Virus record (IMG/VR): IMGVR_UViG_2061766007_001347
Source: an uncultured virus (IMG/VR IMGVR_UViG_2061766007_001347)
Lineage: Duplodnaviria > Heunggongvirae > Uroviricota > Caudoviricetes
Reading direction: 5' to 3' (one strand)
Length of the DNA: 52,533 nt
Every line of letters begins with the position of its first letter. The stretch's first letter is position 1. A program made the position numbers and the translations under genes. Positions 37,520 through 47,899 of this stretch are shown in pieces. Below the pieces are notes generated by a model. That model worked only from the letters and a program-made list of their open reading frames with translations, was not told where the DNA came from and ran no database searches.

Positions 37520-39040
37520 TTACATATTAAAATCGAAATCATCTTCTCCAGATTCTTCTTCTGCTCCACCTTCTTCATCAGCAGTCTCATCAGAAGAATC
37601 ATCTTTATTCTTCGTAAACTGATCCAAATTAAGAGCATCAATAATATCTTCATCATTTGAAACTCTATTTAATAAAGCGGCAACGAGCTTTGCTTTATCT
37701 GAGTTTTCAAAGATACCTTCATCAACATTCTTTACCAAGTCAAGAATCGATGATGTAGTTTCAATCTCAGCTTTCTGAATATCACTCAATCGAGTATCTT
37801 CAGCAGTCAAGATTCTTGGCATTTCAACAGTGAAACTTGGTGGGAGAATGTTATGAATCGAACAATACCAATATATTAGATCTTTTAAGCCTGATTTAAT
37901 AATTCTCTGACAGCGTTTAACAGTTCTTGCATAACGAATGTCCAACTGAGTTAGAGTTGTATCACCAATGCCGCCGGGAGCTTCATCAGACTGACCTAAG
38001 AATTGTTTAGGGACTTTTAATGCTCCATAATAACGATCATCAAAGTAGTCAATGTCTGCAAGGGCTGATACGTTAACTTCGCCACCAACTTCCTGAACTG
38101 TAACTGCACCTTGACCATTTCTTACTGGGAAGTAAACATTGCCGCCGGTTAGAATTGGTGAAGATCTTGAACTAAAAACCTCGGTGCTAACATTTATTGA
38201 TTGCTTCGAAGATACAGCAGTCTTTAATTCACGAATCATTCTTGCTGTATCTTGAGATGAAGCGGCTCCAACATCAACTGAGAATAGTCTGTAAAATGAT
38301 GATCTTGTTAGACGAGCAAGAATCAAAAGATCATCAAGTAGCTGTCGCTGTTTATAGTACTGACGAGCAGCTTCAAGAAAAGAAGAGCCGTATTGAATGT
38401 AAGAATCTGAAGATAAAGCTTCTCTATTTGCTCGATCTGAAATAAAATGGATATACGATCTCTCTGGAAGAAGCTTATCACTATCAACCATTTGCTTATC
38501 CTTGCTCTGTGGTTGATAAAGATAGCCTAGCGGAACGCCATAACGATAAATATGCGTTACGTCTTCAGGCTCTACAAGAGTGAAGTAGTCTCCTACGTTA
38601 TACTCTTTTCTGTAGTCTATATTTGAATAGTTAGTATCAACAAAGCATTCTCCAAAAGTGACTATATTAAAGGCTAATGGATAAATAATATCATTGATAC
38701 GAAACTTATTCTTAAGAAAAGATGTCATCATCTCAGCAAAGTCTGGGTTGTCTGCTGATTCTACCCAAGCAGCTAAACCTGTATCTGAATCAATGAGTGA
38801 AGCATCTTCAGATATAAGCTCTACAGCCGAGAGTGTTACACCATCTTTGAGCATCTCACGATAATCTTTAATCTTAGAAAGTCTATCATTGGATAATGCT
38901 CTTAATGATGTGAGTATGTTATTGTCTCTGTTTAGAAAAATGTTCTCAAGTTTATCATCCCTAACGTCATTCGTGTCTTTAATGACCTCTACTCTTGATG
39001 ATAGACCAAACATATTCCTGAAAAATGATTTTAAGCTCAT
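37520..39040 (-). CDS. Portal vertex protein (T4 gp20-like)
   Basis: SFLEAARQYYKQRQLLDDLLILARLTRS...FSVDVG, YFPVR, DIDYF...ALKVPKQFL, DIRYARTVKRCQ. Confidence 0.92.
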   Translation of the reverse strand: MSLKSFFRNMFGLSSRVEVIKDTNDVRDDKLENIFLNRDNNILTSLRALSNDRLSKIKDYREMLKDGVTLSAVELISEDASLIDSDTGLAAWVESADNPDFAEMMTSFLKNKFRINDIIYPLAFNIVTFGECFVDTNYSNIDYRKEYNVGDYFTLVEPEDVTHIYRYGVPLGYLYQPQSKDKQMVDSDKLLPERSYIHFISDRANREALSSDSYIQYGSSFLEAARQYYKQRQLLDDLLILARLTRSSFYRLFSVDVGAASSQDTARMIRELKTAVSSKQSINVSTEVFSSRSSPILTGGNVYFPVRNGQGAVTVQEVGGEVNVSALADIDYFDDRYYGALKVPKQFLGQSDEAPGGIGDTTLTQLDIRYARTVKRCQRIIKSGLKDLIYWYCSIHNILPPSFTVEMPRILTAEDTRLSDIQKAEIETTSSILDLVKNVDEGIFENSDKAKLVAALLNRVSNDEDIIDALNLDQFTKNKDDSSDETADEEGGAEEESGEDDFDFNM

Positions 39041-39076
39041 TTCAAATGCCCATACTAAATAGAGTGAGAAGTAATG

Positions 39077-39092
39077 CTATTATAAATTGATA
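39077..39092 (-). promoter_or_regulatory. Candidate phage promoter motif TATCAATTTATAATAG
   Basis: Fits the consensus (it also contains TATAAT); lies upstream of the portal gene. Confidence 0.5.
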
Positions 39093-39101
39093 TCATTAGT
39101 G

Positions 39102-41603
39102 CTAAATGGCTGTGTAATTCATTATATATGCTGTGCATGATACTGGATGAGGTGTGTCATAATAGTTGCCTGTTGAAGCATTGTATTCTGTAACAACTGA
39201 CACGTAATTATTATTGATATATTTAAAGTGATATAAACCTTCACGCGTATGATCAAAAAGTTTATTGAATCCTACCACAACCTTGTTGTTTGAAGAGCTA
39301 ATAGTTCTACCGTATGTGGTACTTCCAATCTTTAGATGATTATCTAGAAATCCAAGTGGAAAATGAGTGCATCCATGTCTACCATAAAATAAAGACTCAC
39401 CATTCATTTGATCTGCAGTTGAAAATCCAAGTGATGATAAATAAAAGTCTTCCCATGAATAGGCTGGGAGCTTAGAATCTAGAAAACTCTTAAGACCACT
39501 GCTATCAGCTATTGTTAGCTCCCCAGTTACTTCATTAAACACTCTTACTCCACTAAGCTTGAAATTTGCATCAAATAATGTAATAAATTGATTATCTTCA
39601 ATGGCCCAGTCATTAAGACCGTATAGATCTTCATATGTGACATCATCAAAGTCCCATCTGTTCTCGTAATCTTCTCGAAGAAGAACTTCGCTTGGCACTA
39701 ATATTTCGTTAGCATTATTCTTTTTAACTATACACGTTGCGATGTTGTTGTTATTTGAATTGATGCTATACTTACTATCATCAACTCTAATGTAGTATGT
39801 CTGCTGCTGTTGATTCATAGATAGATTGCCATATATCTTCTTGGCATATAACTGTTTAAATGCGGCTGAGTATCTCTTAAACAAATATCTCTGAGTGTCA
39901 AAAACATCATTATAGTTTACTCTAATGACAGTCTCTTTAACGCCATCATTATCTCTATCGAATCTATATGTAACGGTTCCAAAGTAGCTACTATCTTGAA
40001 GCGATATTATATAGTCTTGTGAATATTCAACTAAATCTCTTATGTATAGTGCTTCCCTAAATACATTCTTATTATATCCTTCACCGCATCTAATGTGAAA
40101 ACGCTGATTCAGCTCTCTTGGCGTTTTACTTGTGTCCCAGCGGTTTGGATAAGATACTAAAAATCTATCTGTGCAATATGGATGACTACTATCATCTGGC
40201 TCTTTAAAACAACATCTTATAGAGATTGGTATTGCATACTGCTGCCAATCTAGATCATGAAGCTTCTTTACTACATCGCTATCTGTAGCACTAATTGTAT
40301 CTGGATCTCCATTATTAGCGACCCACATAATAAGAACTGTTTCGCAATCACCAAAAGGTGGTCTATCATTCATAGCGTATCTTAATAAATTATATTTTAT
40401 CTGTAGCGGCTCAGCATCAATATATACCTGAGGTGGTTCATAAGAGAGCTGAGTACTGTGGTATTTTCCAGATATAATCTTTGGAATATCTCCAGTTGGT
40501 TGTATGGTCACATATCTAGTAGACCCATTATCATCAACATATTTTAAGCTAGAATTACTATCATGACTAGGATTATCATCATAGTGTAGAATACGACGCG
40601 TTACTTCAAGATCTATAAAGTCTCTCTTAAGATCTTCGTTAATATCTCTATACTCTTCCATTGTGCGTATTGGAGATACTTCAATACTTGGGTTGCTTAT
40701 AAGATAGTATCGATCGTCTGATGAAGTAACATCATCACTTGTGTATCTAGCAGAACGCGTTAAACGTATTGACGGATTACTAGTAAGATAGTAATAGCTA
40801 ACCTCAGAATGAGCTGGAAAACTTTTATTAGTCCCCACGTATGTATTACCGTCTTTACCAACACATGATACACTTTCGCGTAAGTATCTGTTGTTTCCAT
40901 TGTAGTAATAAACATAAAACTTCGCAGCCGCTTGATAGCCATAAGGGAAATTCGCATTAAAGTAATGTTGAACAAATATTCTCTTCTCTTGCCCAACATC
41001 ACAGTTAAAGATTATCTTCCCAGAAGCATCTTTAAAATTGTCTTTCTCACTAGGTGTGAAATACCAATTCGAATGAAATCGGCTGCTAACAACTCTATCT
41101 CTTAGGTTAGACTTCACAAGTATTTCATTTGGCAAAGCCCAATTGTAAAAGAAATCGCCAGATGACACCATTAGTGCACAATACACAGTCTTATTATCAT
41201 ATGTACTAGTAAACTTAGTCCAACCGCCATAGTCACCACCAACTTCTGGAGAATGTGACACCATCAGAGACATACCGCCTTCTTGAGGTGGATCATTGTC
41301 CCAGTAATTTCTAAGATTAAAATATTTTGGAATCTCTTTCCACTGATCTAGATAATTCTTTATCGCATCTTTTTTACTCTTTGTCCAGCCATTTGTACCA
41401 TTGACATATAGTGAAACTGGATTAGTTGCTGTAAGCTGATCATATGTTATTACATGACCAGGGCTCTGATTGCATAATATTCTAACCTCGCCTCTCTGAT
41501 CTACACCATCATCTGTTGGAATATAGCTAGGCCCATTAGGATTGATCGTAAGGCTATGATAGTCTGTAAATATAAATTTGTAATAAATTTCTTTCTTATT
41601 CAT
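39102..41603 (-). CDS. Large hypothetical protein (Tyr/Asn/Asp-rich)
   Basis: 833-aa open frame co-oriented with its neighbours; no family recognised. Confidence 0.6.
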   Translation of the reverse strand: MNKKEIYYKFIFTDYHSLTINPNGPSYIPTDDGVDQRGEVRILCNQSPGHVITYDQLTATNPVSLYVNGTNGWTKSKKDAIKNYLDQWKEIPKYFNLRNYWDNDPPQEGGMSLMVSHSPEVGGDYGGWTKFTSTYDNKTVYCALMVSSGDFFYNWALPNEILVKSNLRDRVVSSRFHSNWYFTPSEKDNFKDASGKIIFNCDVGQEKRIFVQHYFNANFPYGYQAAAKFYVYYYNGNNRYLRESVSCVGKDGNTYVGTNKSFPAHSEVSYYYLTSNPSIRLTRSARYTSDDVTSSDDRYYLISNPSIEVSPIRTMEEYRDINEDLKRDFIDLEVTRRILHYDDNPSHDSNSSLKYVDDNGSTRYVTIQPTGDIPKIISGKYHSTQLSYEPPQVYIDAEPLQIKYNLLRYAMNDRPPFGDCETVLIMWVANNGDPDTISATDSDVVKKLHDLDWQQYAIPISIRCCFKEPDDSSHPYCTDRFLVSYPNRWDTSKTPRELNQRFHIRCGEGYNKNVFREALYIRDLVEYSQDYIISLQDSSYFGTVTYRFDRDNDGVKETVIRVNYNDVFDTQRYLFKRYSAAFKQLYAKKIYGNLSMNQQQQTYYIRVDDSKYSINSNNNNIATCIVKKNNANEILVPSEVLLREDYENRWDFDDVTYEDLYGLNDWAIEDNQFITLFDANFKLSGVRVFNEVTGELTIADSSGLKSFLDSKLPAYSWEDFYLSSLGFSTADQMNGESLFYGRHGCTHFPLGFLDNHLKIGSTTYGRTISSSNNKVVVGFNKLFDHTREGLYHFKYINNNYVSVVTEYNASTGNYYDTPHPVSCTAYIMNYTAI

Positions 41604-41613
41604 ACGCTACTCT

Positions 41614-44600
41614 CTAATCATCACTATCTTCTGGATAAAGAACATCATAAGTAAAGACTTTGTTACTATCTGTATAATTCGGTGATTTTGGAACTTGCTG
41701 TACATAGTAGCCTTGACTATATACTGATCCCCAGTGAGATTTTACATCTACATCATACTGAGTTACAACTTTAGTTACCTTATTCTTAACTGTGTAAGAC
41801 AGACTATCAGGATCAATGTCAACAGCAAAAGTATCTGTAGTAAAAGCTAGTGTTCCAATTGTAGCGGGTCTAACAACTATGACTGTAATAGTACCTGAGT
41901 TAGAAGCTCCATGGCTGTCAACAGCAGTAATTGTAAATTCATAAGTAGTACCAATTTCTGCGTCTGGCGGAATTGTAAATGATGGAGATAAAGTAGTCTT
42001 GTTAACTAGCTGAGATGCTTCAGACCCACCCCATGAATAACTAAAGCTATCACCATCAGGATCAGTAATAGAAGCCTGCAATGTAACAGTATTCCCTGGA
42101 CTATTCTCCAAAGTAGGCGTAGTAATGGTAATGCTTGGAGCAACATTTTGATGAACTATAGCATTGATAGAAATTGATGCTTCATTAAACGCTCCCTTAT
42201 CATCAGAGACCCTAACTGTAACAGTGTATGTTGTTGAGCTTGTTAGATCAGATGGTATTGTAAATGTGGTAACATAGTCAGTAGTGCTTGAAAGATATGC
42301 TGTATCACCTGACCACAAATAAGTAATAGGATCTCCATCTTGATCAAATGCTAATGCTGTTAATGTAATAGCATCACCAGGTTGACCACTAGTAGATGTG
42401 CTTACAATCTCAACAATTGTAGGAGCATGGTTAATGGCAGAACTTGAGCTTAAATAGCAGCGTTTTCCATGAAGGAGTTTGAATATTGCGTTATCAGTAT
42501 TCCAGCTTATCTCTTGTGTAGTACTATCCACTAAGTAAACAACACCAAGCTGAACAATGAATTTATCTGTAGTTACTGATTCATTAAATTTGACTATAAC
42601 ACCGTTATTCATGTCTATAGCGGCAGCAGCGTGAGCTTGATCTACATAAAATTCAGGCTTATTATTGTGCGTATATAACCGAAACATTTGAGGCTGTATG
42701 ATATTAGAACCGTCAAAAAACTGAGCATCTACATACTTACCTGAGTTACCGATAGTCTGTAAGTTTGATGATTTCATAGATGTAGTTGGAACACTATGAT
42801 AAGTTTGTGGATCATACCAATTATCAGCATCGCTGGTATAATGTTCAAATTTATATGCCCAGTAATAATCAGTCTCGATAGCTTTATTACTATACTTCAT
42901 ACTGCCGATAAGAGGTTTAAGATCTGAGTTCAAGCCAGAAAGACTGTCACTGTAATGATTATATATGCCATAGATGTCTGTTGGCTCTAGCTTATTATCA
43001 GTATATAGAGTGTTTAATACACTCGTTGCTGTAGTTGAACCGCATTCTGTAATTATGTCGACTGTTGTAATTGCTGGACTTACATCAGAATCTAAGAACG
43101 CTTCTACTATAATGTTGTTCTTGAAATCACTGTCTGTCAATGTACTAGCTATGTCACTAAATGTGATCTCTCCGCCCTTAAGTAAGCTAATGATCACCAT
43201 CTTCTTAAAATCACTGTTCGGCAGTGTGTTTATATCAGCTAAACTAATTTCAAGATATTTAATGATATCATACAAATCGCTATCAGTAATAGAAGGCGTC
43301 CCACTTAAAGCAGCAAGTTTGTCAAGAGTAAAGTAATGTTTGTCATTGTACAGATATTCTATTACATCATTTCTGTGATCAGAGTCTGTGGTGATCAGTG
43401 AAATCATCATATTTTTATTATATGATGTGAATATCTTATCAACACATTTATTTCTCTTAGTGTCTTCATTGATGTCGCATATCTCTTTTAAAGACACTGC
43501 CCCATCAGCAAACAAGATTGCAATAGTATTAGAGTATATGTAATCACTTTCATTAAGCAGAGTGTTTAACTTCGCGCTTGTATTAAATGGGTACTTGTTA
43601 TTCTTATATAACTCAGCTATGATATGACAACAGTTATTTGTCCTAAATAGGTTAAAGTCAGAGTTAGAATAGTTAGTATTGTTAACAAGCAAGTCATAGA
43701 GACTTTCATTTCGCTCAGCTTCTATATAGTTAATAATACTCCTTGACCCGCTGTCATCCCACTGATATGTATCAGTAAGCCATACGTAATCTGATCCACT
43801 TTTATCATAAATATGGCTCTTCCCTATTACCTTGAGCAACATCGTATTTATAACACTATGCCACTCATGAAGAAATGCTGACTCAAAAACTGAGTCTAAC
43901 ACATCTCTCGTTAAATAATTACATAGCTTATCAACTAGCAGCTCATCTTCATTTTCTATAGCTACAGCCAATGCTGACTTCTGATTATCTTCATCAGTTC
44001 CGCACGGCCTAATAATGTAAGTTGCTCTTTTTGCTGGCAAGATAAGTGATTCTAGAATATAGTCAACAGATGCATAACAAGACATCATGCAAGCTGAGTA
44101 TAGCAATGTGCTATCAAAATTATCAGCCACATTTTCATAAGAAAATGATGAATGAGTACTTTTATGCTTATCTCCCAAAGCTTTAAGAATATCAGCTTTT
44201 GGTAACTTTGATGCTTCACACAAATCAGCTGTCGTGACACTAGCCGAGCTGTTTATTTTAACTGTCTCATTATTGTAGGCCGTTGCATATTCAGGTTGAT
44301 ACTCATAGTCATACACATACTCATAACTATTTCTTAAACCCTGACCAGAAGCATCTTTCTTATGAATCTTAGTCCCATCAGAGTTATACTGCTTTATAGG
44401 ATCTCCATCTTCATTGCGCATTGGAGTATGTGAACCATCATCTTCATACTTATAAACAATGTCATAGTCTATAGAAGTTGGTGGCACTAGAAGAAGAGGA
44501 CCATCATCAACAAATTTACACATTTGTTGAATAGCTGACTCACTGTTAACAGAGCCTGGATCTAATAAATTCGCTGGATCTAGTGGATAGACTACGCCAT

Positions 44601-45048
44601 TGCTATCTTTTTTGTATATGATGTTATCATCTTCATCACGTAATGGAACTTTGTTACCAGCGGCGTCTACTTTTGGTTGCACTGCAGCGGGCGAATTCTT
44701 ATCTTCTACAACTTCTTCAGTTTTATCATCATACACGTTTACCGGCTTTGCAAGTAGTGCATCAACAGATTCAGCACAACCGGATAGTATAGCGCACTGA
44801 AGTGGAGTCTTGCCTTTTCCGCACTTTAGATTTACTGAGCAACTTTTGTATTTTATAAGATAAACAAGCTTGTCAGGCTTTATACCATTCATTGAAGCAA
44901 AGCATAGAGGTGTATAGCCTTCTGAGTCATTCGTGTTAAAATCCCAGTCAGTAACTATTTCTATACACTTAGCACGCAACCCATCTATTGCTTCTTTTGT
45001 TTTGAAGTCATCAGCGGTATATGTAATTTTTGGTGTTTCATCAGCCAT
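41614..45048 (-). CDS. Ankyrin-repeat protein with two C-terminal Ig-like (PKD/REJ-type) domains
   Basis: EGYTPLCFA and KGKTPLQCAI...VDALL ankyrin repeats. NHAP...DQDGDPITYLWS...VSDDKGA and NVAP...DPDGDSFSYSW...VDSHGA Ig-like repeats. Confidence 0.78.
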   Translation of the reverse strand: MADETPKITYTADDFKTKEAIDGLRAKCIEIVTDWDFNTNDSEGYTPLCFASMNGIKPDKLVYLIKYKSCSVNLKCGKGKTPLQCAILSGCAESVDALLAKPVNVYDDKTEEVVEDKNSPAAVQPKVDAAGNKVPLRDEDDNIIYKKDSNGVVYPLDPANLLDPGSVNSESAIQQMCKFVDDGPLLLVPPTSIDYDIVYKYEDDGSHTPMRNEDGDPIKQYNSDGTKIHKKDASGQGLRNSYEYVYDYEYQPEYATAYNNETVKINSSASVTTADLCEASKLPKADILKALGDKHKSTHSSFSYENVADNFDSTLLYSACMMSCYASVDYILESLILPAKRATYIIRPCGTDEDNQKSALAVAIENEDELLVDKLCNYLTRDVLDSVFESAFLHEWHSVINTMLLKVIGKSHIYDKSGSDYVWLTDTYQWDDSGSRSIINYIEAERNESLYDLLVNNTNYSNSDFNLFRTNNCCHIIAELYKNNKYPFNTSAKLNTLLNESDYIYSNTIAILFADGAVSLKEICDINEDTKRNKCVDKIFTSYNKNMMISLITTDSDHRNDVIEYLYNDKHYFTLDKLAALSGTPSITDSDLYDIIKYLEISLADINTLPNSDFKKMVIISLLKGGEITFSDIASTLTDSDFKNNIIVEAFLDSDVSPAITTVDIITECGSTTATSVLNTLYTDNKLEPTDIYGIYNHYSDSLSGLNSDLKPLIGSMKYSNKAIETDYYWAYKFEHYTSDADNWYDPQTYHSVPTTSMKSSNLQTIGNSGKYVDAQFFDGSNIIQPQMFRLYTHNNKPEFYVDQAHAAAAIDMNNGVIVKFNESVTTDKFIVQLGVVYLVDSTTQEISWNTDNAIFKLLHGKRCYLSSSSAINHAPTIVEIVSTSTSGQPGDAITLTALAFDQDGDPITYLWSGDTAYLSSTTDYVTTFTIPSDLTSSTTYTVTVRVSDDKGAFNEASISINAIVHQNVAPSITITTPTLENSPGNTVTLQASITDPDGDSFSYSWGGSEASQLVNKTTLSPSFTIPPDAEIGTTYEFTITAVDSHGASNSGTITVIVVRPATIGTLAFTTDTFAVDIDPDSLSYTVKNKVTKVVTQYDVDVKSHWGSVYSQGYYVQQVPKSPNYTDSNKVFTYDVLYPEDSDD

Positions 45049-45073
45049 TTCTTTTACTCTCTAGTGTAAAATT

Positions 45074-45109
45074 AAACCCTCTATGAATTGATACTTTCAT
45101 AGAGGGTTT
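45074..45109 (-). terminator. 14-bp stem hairpin, probable terminator after uvsX
   Basis: AAACCCTCTATGAA-TTGATACT-TTCATAGAGGGTTT. Confidence 0.72.
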
Positions 45110-45132
45110 TCTTAATGACTAGAATTTATCTA

Positions 45133-46248
45133 TTATGAATCTTCAACTTCATCTGCATCATCTTGATCTAAATCAACTCCAGCAGATAATTCAGCTTCTG
45201 AATCTTTAACTTCTTCATCTTCACCATTTGGAATAAGAGCAATTCCACCAAGTGAATCAGCCAGCTCAACATAATACTCAAGGTGTTCTTTGATAAAGTT
45301 CTCTAATTCATCTTTAGGGATGAGAAGTGTTTCACCCTGGTATTTAACATTCCACCCTTTACGAAGCACTCTCTCAATGATTCCATGGTATTCTAGCACT
45401 GGTCTAACAGCACCAGCATTAGAAATACCTTTACCAAAATGAATAGTGATTACCTTCTTTAAGAGGGGTCTAGCATATCTGTTCTTATCACACCAAATAG
45501 CAAGATCACATCCATACGGAACAGGTTTATCGTACCCTGGTAAAGTTTGTTCAAGCATCATAACTTTTTTGAGCATAACTCTAATGTCCATATAGTAACC
45601 AAGCGCCTGACCACCAGCCTGAGTAAGTTTTGTCACCTGACCGTAACCCATTGCAATCTTTGTTCTTAATTGATTTACAAAGATAAGTGTCTTATCAGAA
45701 TTTTTAAAGCGAGCTTTAAACTTCTGCATAAAGTTGGACTGTATACGAGCGGCTACGCCAGGCTCATTCATTTCGTCTACATTCTTATCTGTTAATCTAC
45801 CAGGGACTGTTGCTGTGATGCTATCATAAATAATAAGAGCAACATCTTTGTCTTCTAGTACTTTACAAAGGAAGTCATCAACTTCACCATAAGTTTGTAA
45901 ACGAACAGGAATAAATAACATATCGTCTACATACTGACGCATGCCAAAACAATCAATTTGGTTACCGTTTAAGCCCTGCTCTGTGTCAATATAAATAACT
46001 CGCTTACCCTGTGAACAGTATTTCTTTGCTATATGAATACACATTGTGGATTTACCACAACCTGATTCAGATGCAATCTCAATAAAGGTCCCAGCTGGAA
46101 TGCCTCGTCCATTAGAAATAACAGCATCTAGAATAATACTTCCTGAAGGAGTAAAAGATTCCTCACGGCATGTAAGATCCATCATTTCAGAATATAACTT
46201 TGAAAAATCTGTCTTTCTTTTCTCTTTATCAGCTGTTGCTTTAGCCAT
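45133..46248 (-). CDS. uvsX: RecA/UvsX-like recombinase
   Basis: SGSIILD, Walker A SESGCGKST, YIDTEQG, Walker B IIYDSI, IFVNQLR, GGQALGYY, DKNRYARP. Start set at MAKAT, downstream of GGAG. Confidence 0.92.
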   Translation of the reverse strand: MAKATADKEKRKTDFSKLYSEMMDLTCREESFTPSGSIILDAVISNGRGIPAGTFIEIASESGCGKSTMCIHIAKKYCSQGKRVIYIDTEQGLNGNQIDCFGMRQYVDDMLFIPVRLQTYGEVDDFLCKVLEDKDVALIIYDSITATVPGRLTDKNVDEMNEPGVAARIQSNFMQKFKARFKNSDKTLIFVNQLRTKIAMGYGQVTKLTQAGGQALGYYMDIRVMLKKVMMLEQTLPGYDKPVPYGCDLAIWCDKNRYARPLLKKVITIHFGKGISNAGAVRPVLEYHGIIERVLRKGWNVKYQGETLLIPKDELENFIKEHLEYYVELADSLGGIALIPNGEDEEVKDSEAELSAGVDLDQDDADEVEDS

Positions 46249-46323
46249 ATTAAACACTCCAAATAAGTTCAACTAATTGAGCTACCATAGATATATAATA
46301 CAATCGATTTGTAGATTGTTTAA

Positions 46324-47811
46324 TCATAAACCAAAAATATCATCGTTAAAGTCAGACACAATGTTAGTCCCAGCTGACTTTTGAGCGAGATCACAAGATG
46401 ATAGTGAGTCAATCAAATCGGCTGATAATTCTGACTCATCAACAGAAGCGTCACCTCCAAATTTATAAACCTCTGGAGCAATGTCTACTGGTGTTGGTGG
46501 AACTGGATTACCGTATCGTGTCTTTAATAACTGCACATATGCTTGCTTAGCTTCCTTCATGTAATCATCAGCAAAGACTGTCATTACAATAGATGAAAAT
46601 CTCTCTAACTCATTTGAGTCTGACAAGGCTGTTAACCTGTAACCCTCAACCTGCGTATTAAATGATTTATTTTTATTGCCTGGACGACTAACAGTTGAAA
46701 GTTTTCTGAATGATGCAGATGCTTCTTTCCAACCACTTCTGTTTGTCTGTGCAACAAGCACTGTTGAAACTTGCCGTTTTTCGCCATCTTTCTTTCTAAA
46801 GTCAACTGTCAATGTTCCAAAAAATGAAACATACTTATTTATAATAGCGCCAGTGTTGTTACCATTATATAATGGGCTTCTTAAAGCAAGTTCACCAACG
46901 TGATCTACAAACACTGCATCAATTTTCATCTCATCATCTACACTATATAATATATCCACAAATTCACTTTCACTATAGGTCTTAAAACATGATCTATCAA
47001 TAATTCTGAATCTTGGCTCTATAACTCTACGGTATTCAGGTTCAAGTACATCACATAAAAAGTTCAACTCATCGCAGCTCAACTTATTCTGAATTATCTT
47101 TTTAAGCTCTAATGGGCTATAACCCATTCTTGTAAAACGAGAATCATTAGAAAATAAACTCATTACAGAATATTCAAGCTGTTCTTTTGAAACTTCTAAT
47201 GAAATGTATGCAATGTTCTTCCCTTCAAGTGCATTTTTAATGGCTATATTTGCAGCCCACGTTGTCTTAAAAGAACCAGTGAACCCTGCAAGGGTACACA
47301 TAGCACCTTTTGGAATAGCACCTATTTCTTCATCTATTTGATCTACAAACGTTTTAAGGCCAGCATTATCTCTCATGCTCTTTGTGTATCGTTCACGGAA
47401 TGAGAGATTGTCTTCTGCTATTTCGTTATCAAATGATGCTTGTTTACGGATAGCCTCAGCCATTTCTGGAGTAATACCATCAACTGCTGCGTCTGAAGCC
47501 ATCTTGTACAGCACTTTAGATTTATAAATGTTTAAGTGCTTTGTGACAAACTGCTTTCTATAATATCTGAAATCAGCTATAGAAAACGCCTCAAAGTCAT
47601 TTAGCTGATCTCTGTATTGTGGGAACTTAGATAGAAAAATTTCTGACGTTGGAAACTGCTTATTTCTATTAAATTCTTTCGTTAGGTAATTGAACACATC
47701 CTTCTCATCAGATGAAAGTATGTTTTTATTTTCGTCTGACAAGATGATCTGAAGTTCATTATAAAACTCCTGATCTAAAACTCCAAGTAAAGACTTGACT
47801 ATCTGAATCAT
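46324..47811 (-). CDS. DnaB-like (SF4) replicative helicase
   Basis: AGFTGSFKTT, YISLEVS, VFVDHV, VAQTNRSG, LSDSNELER, LKTRYG. Confidence 0.9.
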   Translation of the reverse strand: MIQIVKSLLGVLDQEFYNELQIILSDENKNILSSDEKDVFNYLTKEFNRNKQFPTSEIFLSKFPQYRDQLNDFEAFSIADFRYYRKQFVTKHLNIYKSKVLYKMASDAAVDGITPEMAEAIRKQASFDNEIAEDNLSFRERYTKSMRDNAGLKTFVDQIDEEIGAIPKGAMCTLAGFTGSFKTTWAANIAIKNALEGKNIAYISLEVSKEQLEYSVMSLFSNDSRFTRMGYSPLELKKIIQNKLSCDELNFLCDVLEPEYRRVIEPRFRIIDRSCFKTYSESEFVDILYSVDDEMKIDAVFVDHVGELALRSPLYNGNNTGAIINKYVSFFGTLTVDFRKKDGEKRQVSTVLVAQTNRSGWKEASASFRKLSTVSRPGNKNKSFNTQVEGYRLTALSDSNELERFSSIVMTVFADDYMKEAKQAYVQLLKTRYGNPVPPTPVDIAPEVYKFGGDASVDESELSADLIDSLSSCDLAQKSAGTNIVSDFNDDIFGL

Positions 47812-47843
47812 GTTTATGTATCTCTACTCAATGTGAATAAACG

Positions 47844-47883
47844 AAAAAGTCCTAGAGATAAATATACATCATCTAGGACTTTT
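47844..47883 (-). terminator. Probable terminator
   Basis: AAAAGTCCTAGA...TCTAGGACTTTT. Confidence 0.7.
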
Positions 47884-47899
47884 GAATCAAGATAATTTG

